A stretch of DNA of 64,000 bases from positions 1,298,047 through 1,362,046 of the forward strand of contig JAAOMT010000664.1 of assembly GCA_016748015.1 (NCBI GenBank). Direction: 5' to 3'. The translations under genes and the position numbers were made by a program. Under the pieces are notes generated by a model. It did no database searches. It was not told the DNA's origin and saw only the letters and a program-made list of their open reading frames with translations. Within the stretch, counting starts at the first letter, position 1. Each line of letters starts with the position of its first letter. Positions 25,621 to 39,304 of the stretch are shown piece by piece. This DNA comes from Geosiphon pyriformis uo1. Its lineage: Eukaryota; Fungi; Glomeromycota.

Positions 25621-28600
25621 ATGGCAAATTCTGCAAAACGAGATTCAATTTTTGGGTTAACCGTGGACTCGTCACAGATTGTTCTTGGCAATGATGAGCT
25701 AGGGATGACAACTCCTTCGAGAAGACAGCCCAAGTCTAATCAAATGTCACCTTGGCTTGATTTGGGGGTAATTATGGCCCACAAGGGTTTTTACATTTTT
25801 GGAACTTGTCTTCTACCACACGCCCATCGCATCTGCTGGGAAAACACTCAGGCGACAACTTTTTTTCAAAGCTTCTTTACTAACTTTAAAATAACTTATT
25901 CAACTTCTCACTTGGACGACAAAACCTATCTCTTCCCATCATTTTTTCCTTTAGGTTGAACCTATGGGCATCTTCGACAGGGAATCGGAGCCCGAAAAAA
26001 TGGAGGCTACTGTAGACAACCTTGGAGAGTTTGGGTCTAGGAAAAAAGGTGTACTGACGGTTTGTTTTTTCTTAATTTATATACGTAAAATAATCATTGT
26101 GAAAGTTATCAAAGGCAAATTTTACTTTAGGTGGCTCATTCTTCAAATGAATCTAATTTATCACAAAGAAACCATTATATTGATGAAATGCATTTTACCG
26201 TCGTATGTAACTCACCTGCTAAAAGTTTATTATGGATTCCTTACTAGCTATACATAATGGTGTTCTATTAATTTACAACTTTAATAGGAAACAAGGCGAA
26301 TGATTGACCTCAAGCAAAAGAAGGATGCTATGGAAGTAGATCATAATGAAGACCCCGTATCAATAATACCAACCGGAGAGAATAAATCCAATAAGAACTT
26401 TGAATATGTCGATTATCAAACCGATTTTATTAACCGCGGACATAATCAATTAGAATATGACCCCCAGCTGAATAATATAATACATATTCCTTATATAGAG
26501 TTAGGAAGCAAAAAAAGAAACTTGGTAAAGTTTTACCTTAATTCATCCCATAGGTTTAATAACAGAATTTTAAACCTTTCCTCACTCTGCAATTCAGTCA
26601 CCCCATCCCTTCGTCGAGATTCCTACGCGTAAGAAAACGAAAATTGGATTCGCCAACCCTAAGATAAAAGAAAATATCATGTCAGAATCTGTCATACTTT
26701 CCAAACTTGGCAAAAATTTGCCTAACGATCTCGAAAAAAAAGAAACACGACAAGTCGATATGTCTTTTTCGAGCGAGGAGGAAAAAAGTAAACTTAATTC
26801 CAGTTCAGAAATTGATTACAAGGAATTTGATTTATCTAATTTTGTAATTTACGATGAATTTTTTGAGGTAATTTATTTCTGGGGGATCTTAATATATTTT
26901 CTAAATTTAATTGAAATTTTATCTTTCAGTATGTAAATATAAGTGATCTACAAGAAGCTCATGATACCAAGATCTATTATTGGAATGGTATCGTCAGTCA
27001 AAATAATCAGAAAATCCAAAGTCTCTTGGTAATTAAATCTTTATTTAAAGCTCTTCATATTGAGCTCCTATTTTTGAAAATGGATAATGAATCCAAAACG
27101 CTCTAGATCGAGTTTACCGAGTTCTCTATCGGTGGATTTGGTGATAAAGAAGATGACGTTATAATTTGGCTTCGTTCTACAGTGGATCAAGATGTTTGGT
27201 ACAAGCTGGGTGAACCCCATATAGAATATGCCGCAATATATCACGGGTTTCACTGGAAGGCCATGTTGGCAAAATATGTGATAGATTGGGTGGATTCATG
27301 TGGGGATATAGAATTCGACGACTTTAGGGCCAAGTTTTATAACTGGCTTTCAGGAACACAAACACATAAAAGACAATATCAAGGATGGATATCTGCAATA
27401 AACGGCAAAACCGATTTTCGTTCTGTGATTATAACATGTGGTCGCTTCATATGGAACCAAGCCTTTAATCTTGCGCCCAGATATAAAAATATTAAACTTT
27501 TCAAGGGTAATAATAATTGTCTCCTTGGAATTTTCTCAATTAAACCTAATATGATTCTTCTCACCAGATATCGGGTATGCATACGAAGCCAATATTCCTT
27601 TACGAAAGGTAAGCTTTTTAAACACATGTTAGCGATTACTTTTTAAAGCTCTTAATAGATATCGGAATGATTGAATAGGCTGGATCATATGAAAAAACTG
27701 TCGTTACCCCAATTGTCCATCGTTGGTTTCAAGATCTGTTTCCCGAAAATCTGCGGATCGTAGGTAAAAACGATTTCTTACTTTGTTTAAAAATTCAATC
27801 CTATTTTCAAACTGTCTAATGTAAAATCATCAATTTAGAAAACATTGATTTCGATGTTCTTGAGGCAACAAGTATTGAACCTAAAATACCTGATACAATA
27901 GACGTCAACACAATCAAAACCATTGATCATATTAACAATTTGCCGATCTTCCAAGAGGAAATTTCAGGCGATAAAAGTTTGTTTGAAAAAGTTATTATTG
28001 ATAATGTAACATTTTGTATTGGGGACGTGGTTGAGTTAGATGCCACTGAAGAAGACAGTTGGACTAAGGGAGACAAGCGGTGGATTTGGTATTTATGTTT
28101 CTTGATTAAAAATATTTAATAATCAAATACTAACATTACTTTTTTTATTCAGTATGATCACCGAAATACAAAGAGATAAACGTTTCCCGGATCGTGGTTT
28201 TTTTCGAATGGTATGGATGTATTTCAGATCACAAACATTACTCTCAAATCTCGATCACGATTACCATCCTCAAGCCGACCAAGAATTGTTCTTCACCAAG
28301 CACTGCGAATGTCAAAAAAGACAACCACTTAGTAGCATAAAACGAAAAGTAATTGTGAATTTTGGTGTGTCATCATGTCCAAGTAAGGCAGTTCCAAGAT
28401 TGTACTTCAGGGTTTTTACATCTCTTCTGCATATGATCGACAATTATCTAATTTTAGAAAACGAGCATCATTACTTCTGCCGATACTATTATCGACACAA
28501 TGACGGTGACTTTGTCGCGTTTCCAACAATTATTCCTCCACAAGAATTAAAGACTGTTTGCGAATGTGGTATTCCAGAAAACTCAGAATGGCTAGAATTT

Positions 28601-30969
28601 CTCAAAAACTATGAAGTTGGGGATTGTGTTTTAATAGAGCCTCGATCTAATGATGTATTGAACTATTATACCGTGACCTGTATTGAGGAGATACTAATCG
28701 ATCAAGAAATCCTTAAACTAAGGAGATTCTACAGATGGGGGGAAATTGAAACCAAACCAGCGGTTTCCAAAAATCCAATAAATGAACTTTTATATTCCGA
28801 TTATATTTTTTTATACAAATTCTGTTCAGGAATGAAGCCATGTCATGTGGAATATTATAAATCATCTATTGAGCTTCCTGTTAACCTTCAACATCGAGGC
28901 GCTGGAAATCATGTAAAGTATCTAGTCTGAAAATTTTTTTTGCTATATTGTTATTGATACAATCATGGAATAAGAATTTTCTTTTAGTTCTTTTTTTCAA
29001 AAAAGTATTATCACGGGACAAAAAGGATAATACCATTGGATTCTGAGAATATCGCCAATCTTTTTCCGAATTACTCTTATAAAGTCTCTGGAATTGTTAA
29101 GCTAAGAGGTCTTGACCTTTTTTGCGGTGGCGGCTCCCTGGGGCGAGGATTTGAGGATGCTGGATTTGTCGATTGTCGTTGGTAGTTCTATTTACTGGTT
29201 TTCTTCAGCTGATTTTTGAATATCTATGTACACTATGAAACCATCATTTTAACCCATCATTTTTAAACAAATAGGGCTGTGGACAAATACGAGCCAGCTT
29301 TAAAAACTTACAAACAAAATTCTCATAATAAAAATGTTACAATTATTCATGAGAGTGTAAATAAAATATTAGAAAATGCAATTCTTGAGCGCGAATCAGA
29401 CGCCCCAACCAAGGTAAGAATAAGAGATTGCTGATAATTTCAAATAGTTAAATTTATTGTTAATTATAATTACCTTTCTAGGGTGAAGTCGATATTATTT
29501 TGGCTGGGTCTCCTTGCCAAGGATTTTCACGGATTAACAAGCACAAAGGAAATGATCAAAGTCGGGCAAACAATTCGTTAGTGACTTCTTTAGCCTCTTT
29601 CGTTGACCACTACCGTCCAAAATACGTCCTTTTGGAAAATGTGGCGTCGATGGCCCGAACTCCTGGTACACATTAGCCTTCCTCAATTTGCTCTTGATTT
29701 CCGAGCAAAAAATATTGATTCTATACTCTTCGGACATAAGTTTTTCTGCGGTTAATTGCTTGCCTTCTAGAACTGGGTTATCAAATCAAGTTTGGGCTTG
29801 TATCGGCAGAACATATGGGCTGTGCTCAATCTCGTTGTCGGATCTTTCTTTGGGGAGCTTCTACGAACGAAGTTCTTCCTGAAATGCCACCAGTCACTCA
29901 TACTCCCTCCAAGTTCTACCGATCATATGGTAGAACGTTACAACTACCTAGTTCTTTATCGTACGTTTCTTATTTACTTCTTCCTAATGAGCAGTATACT
30001 AAGTCATGAATAAATTTGTTAATACAATTCAGGTTGAAAGGATTAGAAGAAGACCCTTTGACGAGCTTCCCTTTAGTTTCTATCGAAAAACTAATAGGCG
30101 ACTTACCTCCTTTGGATAATGGTATCATTTGGCACCCCGAATATCCTGACCATCGAACTCATTCGATCAATTATTTGACAAAAGAAATATTACGCAGAGT
30201 ACCGGCCGAAGGCGGGGCTGATTATTATTTAGCCCGTGAACGACACACAATTTCCGAACTGTTTAATCACCCCGCATATGAGGCCAAAGTAAATCACGTC
30301 GAACAAAAATATAAATATTGCCAGCGCATAGATAAAAATGGGGTGTTCCCAACGATATGTACAAGTATGAGTAAGTAACTTAACTTAGTTCCCTTTATCA
30401 TTAGGATCCTCAAATAACCATAAATCTTTTTGCTAATAATGGTATTTTCTCCATTTTTCAGGGGCCAACGGATATGTAAGCAATAACCTTTTTATTACAA
30501 AATATTTGAGAGAGAACTTGTTCAATAAATCTGAGGAATTGGATTTTCAAAGGAACTCAAATTATTCAATTTTCGGGTATTTCATTTTATATCAAAATCT
30601 TAATTACATCAACTAGCATCCACAGGTGGTTCACTTTAACGAGCCACGATTAGTGAGCATCCGGGAAGCAGCTCGTGCACAAGGTTAATACAATAAATTA
30701 TTGTTAAGCGTAATCACATTTCATTTATCTATAATTATCTGATTAATAGGATTCTTGGAATCTGATATAATCTGCGGAACTATAGCTGATCAATATAAAA
30801 TTATCGGTAAATATGGTTGTTCTCCGAAATCTCAATCAAGCAATTTGTTAAAAGAACTTTAAACCATCACACAGGAAATTCTGTTCCAAGGAACGTGGCA
30901 TTCTCTTTGGGACTGCAATTAGGAAAAGCGATAACAAAACCCTGTCAGAATTGGTCTGACATAAATTGA
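25621..30969 (+). CDS. dim-2: DNA (cytosine-5)-methyltransferase, DIM-2/Masc2/DNMT1 family, 21 exons, ~1232 aa
   Basis: Exons 25621-25767, 25955-26059, 26131-26202, 26288-26524, 26598-26867, 26930-27028, 27107-27506, 27568-27608, 27679-27763, 27839-28088, 28153-28382, 28458-28912, 28988-29181, 29275-29413, 29482-29665, 29741-29960, 30033-30370, 30462-30475, 30617-30683, 30750-30806, 30875-30969 splice (GT-AG) into one 3699-nt open frame. RFTS: LSNFVIYD, IWLRS, WYKLGEP, WKAMLAKYVID, TVVTP. Two BAH domains. MTase motifs: LRGLDLFCGGGSLGRG, AGSPCQGFS, SFVDHYRPKYVLLENV, QSRCR, SIREAARAQGF, IGNSVP. Confidence 0.93.
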
Positions 30970-31699
30970 AAATTGGTTAGGGGCTTAATTCAACAACTCT
31001 TATCAACTGCGATTTCATCTTCATTAACTAATCAAGTTCGAACTCTAGAAGTTTTTGCCAATTTGCCACTCAGATTCCCTTACCTACATTGCCCCAACCT
31101 TAGTATTTTAATCTACTGAATGGCTACTGAAATTTCACACATTCCACAGAATAAAATGTCCATTCAGAAGTCTTATATAGTGTAATTTGCGTTGGCGATA
31201 ATAAATTAAGGTTCCGAAAAACTTAAGAAATTATTTTAATTGGAGTTTTTTTATGAATTTGACGGAACTTTTGTAGTTTCTGTCTTGTTTATTTTTTTGT
31301 TTTATTTCTATTTTATCGTTATTAAAACTTTTAAATATTTTATTGTATTTATTTCTAATATTCAAATTTTTACTTTGATTGTTTTAAATTTAATACGATG
31401 TTTTAAAAGTATATGATTTTTTAATGTTTTTTATTATTTTTAGATTTAGAATAAAATATCAATTTAATATCAAGATTAAAAACAAAAAAGTCATGTAAAT
31501 ACTCAAATTTTTAATAATTTATTAATTATAAATATTGACTTATTTTTAATGATGTTAATTTAAGTATATAAGATTTTTTTTATTGCTTTAATTAAGTGTA
31601 ATCCAACCACTAATCTAAACTTTTAACAGACATATGTTTAAAATTAATATATAAATTATCTTTTTTTACATATAATGACTTTTTCATTATTATTATTTT

Positions 31700-34600
31700 T
31701 TCATTATTTAATGAATATAACCCAACTACTATTTAGTATACAAAAACAAAATAAATCTAACTAAATGTGGCTCATACACTTACTATATGTAACCAGCCAC
31801 TCAGGCCAATCAAGGCAATACTACACACTTATACGAATTTTTGCACTATTGTTCACACTTAAAAAAAACAAAAGCACCTTATGCTGGCCAAAACTAACTA
31901 CCACTTTAGCCAACAAAAAACCAGACTTGTTATAAGAAACATTAAACAAGATTTCTTTATTATTAATTAGGCCATTTTTTTCTATATCTACTCTAAACTT
32001 TAATCTAAACAACTATAATTTACTATGATGCTTTAAATTAAATAACAAATAAAATTAATTACTATTAACATAGTTTTTTTTTTATTACCAAAGACTGTCA
32101 TAGTTTCATTAATTTAATTTTTAAAAACAAAACTTTTATATAAAATTTTATACAATCTAATATTAAAAATACTTAGAAAATAAACATACAGTACCAGTAA
32201 AAATAATAAAAAACAAGTCATTACCAAAGATTTTTACAATTTTATGTGACTAAGCAAGATATCAAAATATATAGAGACATCTTTTGAATACATAAAAACA
32301 TAATTAAACAGCTTAAAATTACCATATGTTAAGCACAAAACACTTAAGTAATTTATATTATAAAGTCTTTTTTTAATTGTAACTAACAGTCTTTTATAAA
32401 TTGTCTTTATTAAATACATATAAAAAACAGCTGAAGTTTTGCTGATAAAACTAAAAAGCATATGAAAATCTGAATGTTAAATCATAACAATATAATTTCA
32501 GTTTATGTTTTGAATAAGTAAGTTATTTAAAACACTAATACTAAGATTTGTTTTTTATTGAACATAACAAATAGTTCAATAAATATTACAAACAAAATAA
32601 CAAGTATTGTTCAACATAATTAAACTATTAGTCATAATGAATTTTTTTTGAATTCTAAAAAACATTAAACAAAATTATACTGTATTATATACAAAAATAT
32701 CTGTTCAATTATTTTCAGTATTTTCTAAATGGTTTTTAATTTTTACTTACTTTATTGTAATGTTTTTTAATCTAATTAAATTAGCCACATAATGTCTTTT
32801 TATCCAATAATTATTCTTGTAATTTGGTATATAAAATTAAAATTCCAAAATATATATATTTATAGCTACTTAACAGTCTATATATAAAACTACTAAGCAA
32901 AAAAAAACACACTCCATAACCAAAACAATTATCTGTAATTTGAATATTGTTAAAAACAGTAACTTATGTATTTTAATACTTATATTCATTTTAATTTCTG
33001 AAAAATAAGCTATTGCTTTACTAATTATCTTTACTGTACCCAAACTTTTTAATAAACTATCAGTATAAACATTTATTGTTTTTGTTCACAATTTATACAA
33101 ACATTTCCAAATATCTATAAAGTTTGTTAAATTAAAAAATATAAATAGCCATAATTAAAAGCAATCTTATTAGTATTAACAAAAAGATTATTTATATAAA
33201 CTAATACTTTTTTAAATCATATTGGCACTAAATTTCGAGAATTAAATTTTTTCCAATGACAAAAAGTTTTTTAATTTATAACCAATCTATGTTTGTCCAA
33301 TAATCTGTTTTCAAAGACTATATTAGAGCATTTTAAAAAACCAATCATCTTAAAGTAATAGAAATTATCTAAAATCCTAAATACCAAATAGTATTCAAAA
33401 TTATAAAATGTATTAAACAAATTATTGACTATAGAAATTTTAATATTCAAAAAAATTTTCATCACATCTACCAAAATATTATTTACAGAACTGACTTTTA
33501 ATTTAATTAGATATTGTAGTAAGTTTATAGATATCCAATCTAAAATCTGTAAATTCAAAAACCAGTACTTAAACAATTAGCCAAAAATTATTAAAGCATT
33601 AGCAAAACCAATCACTAAAACTACTTTTGTTCTTATTTGTATTTGTTTAAAAATTTTAATATATACTAAAATGATTAATATAAAGTTTTATTAGAAAAAT
33701 TTCTTAACAAATTGGTTTTAGATTTAAGTTTTTTATTATTATAATATTTCATTTTTAATATATATTCTTAAATACAAAACTGAATTATATGTAATAACTA
33801 ATTATAGATTATAAAACTACTAAAACCAAATATGAAAATTACTTACTTAATAATGCTTTCTTAAGAATCACATTTAAAAAAAACTTAATATCTAAATGCA
33901 TTTTGGCAAAACTTGGTTTTAACATATTTTTTGTTAACAAAAAAATACTCAAATATTTATAAAATTCACTATGCTTAATAATAAAAATTAACAAACTACT
34001 AATATATAATAAAGCACTTGTAATCTTTAGTTAATAGAAATAGTCATTGTTTTGTTATTGTTAATAAAAATATTATTAATCTTAAAAAATTCACTAATAA
34101 TATTCAAAATATATTGAGTTGAAACCTAATTATTTTTAATCTAAATTGTGTTATTAATAAAAGTACCAATTATAAAAAATAAAAATATCTTTTTATTAAT
34201 TTTGATTCTGTTTATTTTTATCATAAAATTTGTGTTAATTCTATACTTACACAAGTGTTTTTGCCTTTTTACTTTATACAAAAAAGAGTTGTAAAAAATT
34301 TTATACAAAAGTAACAAGAAAATTTCACCTTAATTCAGCTTATTATGTATTCTATAACTATTTAAAAAACCAAAATCAGTCATCATCCTATTGATTTTTT
34401 TTATGTGTATATTTTCAAAAATTTGTTACACATTTTGACATGTTTTAAATTAGCTCTTAAGTAATATTATCTAATTAAATCATATGTTTTATACATATCC
34501 TACAAAATCAACTAAAACTCTTAGCCCTTTTTTAGAGTATTTTTCATTATTGAACTAATAGTAAACACTAAAAACTAAGTTAAAGTACTCTTTAAAATCA

Positions 34601-37600
34601 AAAAATTATCACTATAAAAAACATCAAACTTACTATATATAGAAAAAATTTGATCTGAAAAAATCTTAAACAGAATTTTTTTAGTTATTTTAATTAGTAT
34701 AATAGGTTAAGTATTTATTAAAACATTATCTTACTTATAAGATTTAACAATTATCAAAACCTATATTTTTTTTCAAAGAATTAAAACATTGTTAAAAAAC
34801 AAATATAAATTGAATAAATTTAGAAAACACTTTATTATAATCTTGTCACAATGTTTTTAGAACTTATTTAATATACCAAACAGCTTAACAGCTTTATTAT
34901 TAAGCAAATCATTAACAACCAAAACCAATTTTTGCAGTTTGACTTTACACATAATTCCAAAAAATGTATTATTATTCACATAAGCCAAAGATAAATATTA
35001 GTAAAGCTAAAAATCAAATAGCTTTTAAAACATAACTTTTTTTTTGTTTATTTTTCTATAATTTCATTAATTTTATTCCTTATTTTATTTAGTTCTAAAA
35101 CCAAATTTTTTCTAACCATCAAGTAATCTAAAATAACTTTGCAAAAAAATTATTTTAAAACACTTTTAATTATTTACTTTTTGTTTGAGCAAAAATTTTT
35201 TATATGCTGCTTAATTATTTTTCTGATGAATATATTTTTAGTTGTTTTAGATTCATAGTATTTAGACTTTTTATATTTTTTTTGACTATTGATAAATACT
35301 TAATAATAGTTATTATATTTACACTATTCAGAACTATTATAGCAATCTTAAAAATCTTTGTATTATCAACAGTCAATTAAGTTTTAATAAAGTAATCAAA
35401 TTTAGACATATTTTTTAAGCTCAAACTCTTTATAATCTTAGCAATAAGTAGTTTTAATCTAAAAAACTTTAATAATTATCTGTTTTTTGAACAATTAAAC
35501 TCACTATATTATTGCTTAAAAAAAATTTTATTAGCCAAATCTATTATTATCTTTTTTAATATCTTTTATATTACATCCAAATTACCAAATTTTTTAGCTT
35601 TTAAGAATCTCTTTTTTATAGTCAATAGTTATCAAAAAAGCATTTTTCAAAGCATGCTTACTTGATTTTATTTGTATTATTTATTTTGAATTTTTAGTAA
35701 TCTTTATTAGCTTACTAGTAAATATTATTTAAACAAACATTCAAAAAACTATTTAGACCAACTAAAACCAGAAATATCTTATAATTAGTATTAAAAAAGT
35801 TAAATACAAAATCAATTCTATAATTAACAATTACAGATAACAAATTTTTACTTACAAAAATATAGTCTATAACTTTTTTAACACTTTTAAAGTTACTTTA
35901 AGTTGAAGTTTTAACTAAAAAATACTCATAAAAAAATTGACCAAATCTAAATTTACATAGAACTTAAAATTTGTACTTTTTTTAGACCTATTTTTATTAA
36001 AATTCTCACTTAAAACCACAAAAGTACTGAAGTTAACTGTTTTAGCAATAAAAAAGTTAATTTCTAATGTCTAATCAAATCTAATTTTAGTAAAAACACC
36101 AGCATATAAATCCAAAATTGCAACTAATAGTTTATTTTTAAATAAAAGTTACATTAAAATAGCTTAACTAGGGACTTTTATTATTTTTAAAACATGCTGA
36201 ACCAGAAAATTGTTTATAATAAAAGCAATTTTAACACCAAAAAACTTTTGTTTAAACCAGATATAAAAACTCATATCTTATCAAACTTACTTATAATCTA
36301 TAATCTAATACCAGATTTCAATTTTGTTTTGTAATAATTAAAACTATATTATTCGAATTCACATATCAACAAACAATATTTTTCTGCTTAGCAAAGATAT
36401 TAATATCTTGAACAATACATACAGCAAACTTTTAAGTTACTCATTGAGAGAAAAAATATGCCAAAAAATTCAAACCAGTACACAATTGATCTAATTTTTT
36501 TAAAACTAAATTAATAGAGATCTTAAAAACAATTATTATTGATTTTAAGCCATCCACTTTGGTGGTTAAAATTTTTGAACTACTTAAACTTAAATTTAAA
36601 GTCTTATTTTTCATTACTAAAAAAAAAAAAAAAATATTAGTGAAGTATTCAAAACCATGTTCAAATTCCACTTTTGAATTTAAAGTTACAGAAGCAGCTG
36701 AAAAAAAGATTAAAAACAGATACCAGAGATACTAAGTTCATATTGTTTAGTTTTTACATAATACTAAATATTTAATTAGCTAAAAACTTTAAAAAATATT
36801 CCAAAAAGACCAGATAAATATTAATATGTAAATTATCATAAACAATAAAAAAACTTTTACCAACATGTAAAGTATTAAAAAAAAGTAACACAAAACCAGA
36901 ACCAAAACAAAAACCATTAGAAAAAGCAGTAATTAAAACTATTTGTGCTTATAATTTGTTACTAAAGACAATAAAACATAAAATAAAAACAATTTTTTTA
37001 TATATAATCTGGCCAATTAAAGATGATTCTTGTCTAATACAATTTTTTTTATAAACTTTTAAAAATAATAAAACAGATATATCTAATACATCATACTTTA
37101 AAACTAAATATCCAAAATATCCACACTTTTTATATTGAATTAAATCCAATCTAATTCAAAAAAACTTAATACTATCTAAAATTGGCTCTATATAAAAGAC
37201 CAATTTCAACTTTTTTTCTAAATTAAAGACAATTACCATATAACAAACCCTATTGTCAGTTTTAAATAAATAATTAATAATACAAGTTTTTTTATCAGCC
37301 CTTTTTAATAAAGTACCAAGATTATAAACAGTTATTTTTATAAAAAAAGTAAACAAAAGCACTTTAAATTAATTTTTAGAGATTCAAATATTATGATTTT
37401 CTACAGTTTTTATTATATATACTGAATTTTTTCCAATTAAAAATGACTATTTAGCTGTCAAATAATTTGTCTGAACTGATTTAGCAAATTTTATTATAGT
37501 TTTTTGTCATAGTCTAATTAGTTGTAATTAGATTAACACTACTTGACTAAACTTAAAAAAAACTGTAATAATTAATTTTTTTAGTATATTCATAAAAATT

Positions 37601-38350
37601 TTTTAAATTACAACAGCTCAATCTAAACAAAAATTTTGTTTTTTAAGATTATTATTTACAGTAATGCCTTTTTTTCTGGTTAATAATACAATCTTTTTTA
37701 TGTTTTTCTCTAATGTAAATATTGATTTAATAATTTTTTCAAATTTTAAAGAAGTAATAACTTTTTTAAAATTATTTATTGTTGAGAAAAGTTCTTTGAT
37801 AAACTGAGTTTTTGTTATTGTTAATTTGTTATTTACTACTAAGAAATTAATATCTAAAACAAAAAATTTTTTAACAGACATTTTTATTTGAGTTTTTGTA
37901 ATTTTTAGGTTAATTTATTTTTTATATAAAAAAATATTAAGATAAAAAAAGAAAAAAACCTTATCATTATTTATATTATAGTTAGAAAAACCAATTAAAA
38001 AGCTAAAAACAGTATTAATGTTAACTTATTTGGCTTTAGAAATATTTTTTTAGAATTAAACTGCTTTTTTTTTTATTTGCTTTATAATCAGTATTATCAT
38101 TTAGAAAAACCACTTTAAAAGCATTTTTATTTGTATTTATTTCAACAAATTAATTAACAATATGTTTCAAACTACTAAAATTTAAATTTGTTTTATTACT
38201 TAAATGTTTTACTTTGCCAAAAAAAGCTTTTTGCATTTGAGCCAAACTTTTACTAATTAAACTTAAAACCAAAATTCTGATTGGTCTTTTCTTAAATACA
38301 AAACTATTTATTATGACAATAAACTTAACAAAATTTTTTATTATAAACTA
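31700..38350 (-). mobile_element. Near full-length, heavily mutated LINE family 1 copy
   Basis: 3' UTR at 31705-31825. ORF-track fragments 31821-32012, 32234-32461 and 33271-33576 match ORF2. Fragments 36441-36671, 36949-37149 (YKKCGYFGY knuckle), 37156-37362 and 37618-37881 match ORF1 of 17812-24626. Confidence 0.9.
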
Positions 38351-38529
38351 AAAATTTTTAATAAGTAAAATTGTTTATTAAAATCATGTGTAATTAATAA
38401 TTTATTTATTAAAAGTTAGTATTAAATATATAAAAATGTTTAATGCTGTTTAAAAATAATATGATAATTAAAAAATTAAAAAAACTTTTACAATTAATTT
38501 ATATTTCTAAATTTATTTATTTTTTATTT

Positions 38530-39050
38530 ATTTAATAAGTGTAGCCCAACTAAAATAAATATGGTTCATATTTTTGCTATATATAACAAGCTACTTGAGC
38601 TAATCAAGACAATACTACAAGCTTATATTACTAAAAATATAACTACCATAGCAAAATCTAATAGACATTAAAGATAAAATGGTCTTAAGACCAAAGTTAA
38701 TTAAAATACTATAACCAAAACTCAACTTGCAAATATTTACATTAGAGCTGCTCAATAATAAACCATTAACATTTAATAAAACCAATTCATTACCAATAAT
38801 TAAACTTTGTTTTTCATAAAAAGTTTCAAGTTTAATATTTAGCAGCCAAATATCTGACTTATAATGAACAGCTATATTATATATAAAGTTTACAATATTC
38901 TTAACAGTTTCTGAATTATATTCAAATATTTTTACTGTTTTTGAAAACCAATTTTTAAAAACAAATTTCTTTGTAACAGTTATATAAATACAGTCTAAAT
39001 TTTAAAATAATAATGTATAATAGTTTAAAAATTTAATTAATTATAGTTAA
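38530..39050 (-). mobile_element. LINE 3' end fragment
   Basis: Relics of the 3' UTR and ORF2 C-terminus (..IWLLNIKLETF..NFGLK..) on the minus strand. Confidence 0.65.
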
Positions 39051-39304
39051 ATCTAAAATAACTTATATTAAGATAACTTATAATTTATGATAAGCTATAG
39101 TATTTTAAATCTATCAATTTGATAAATAAAAAACTTTTATGTTTATAATTTATATTTATAATATCTAATAACTCATAACTTTTTATTAATAGTAGAGATT
39201 ATCTTAAGTACTAAATTTAGTTTAAATTTTGTTAATTCTGGTAAATTGCAAATATTTCTATAACTAAAAATACTATATAATAATATAATATTACTTATTT
39301 AATA

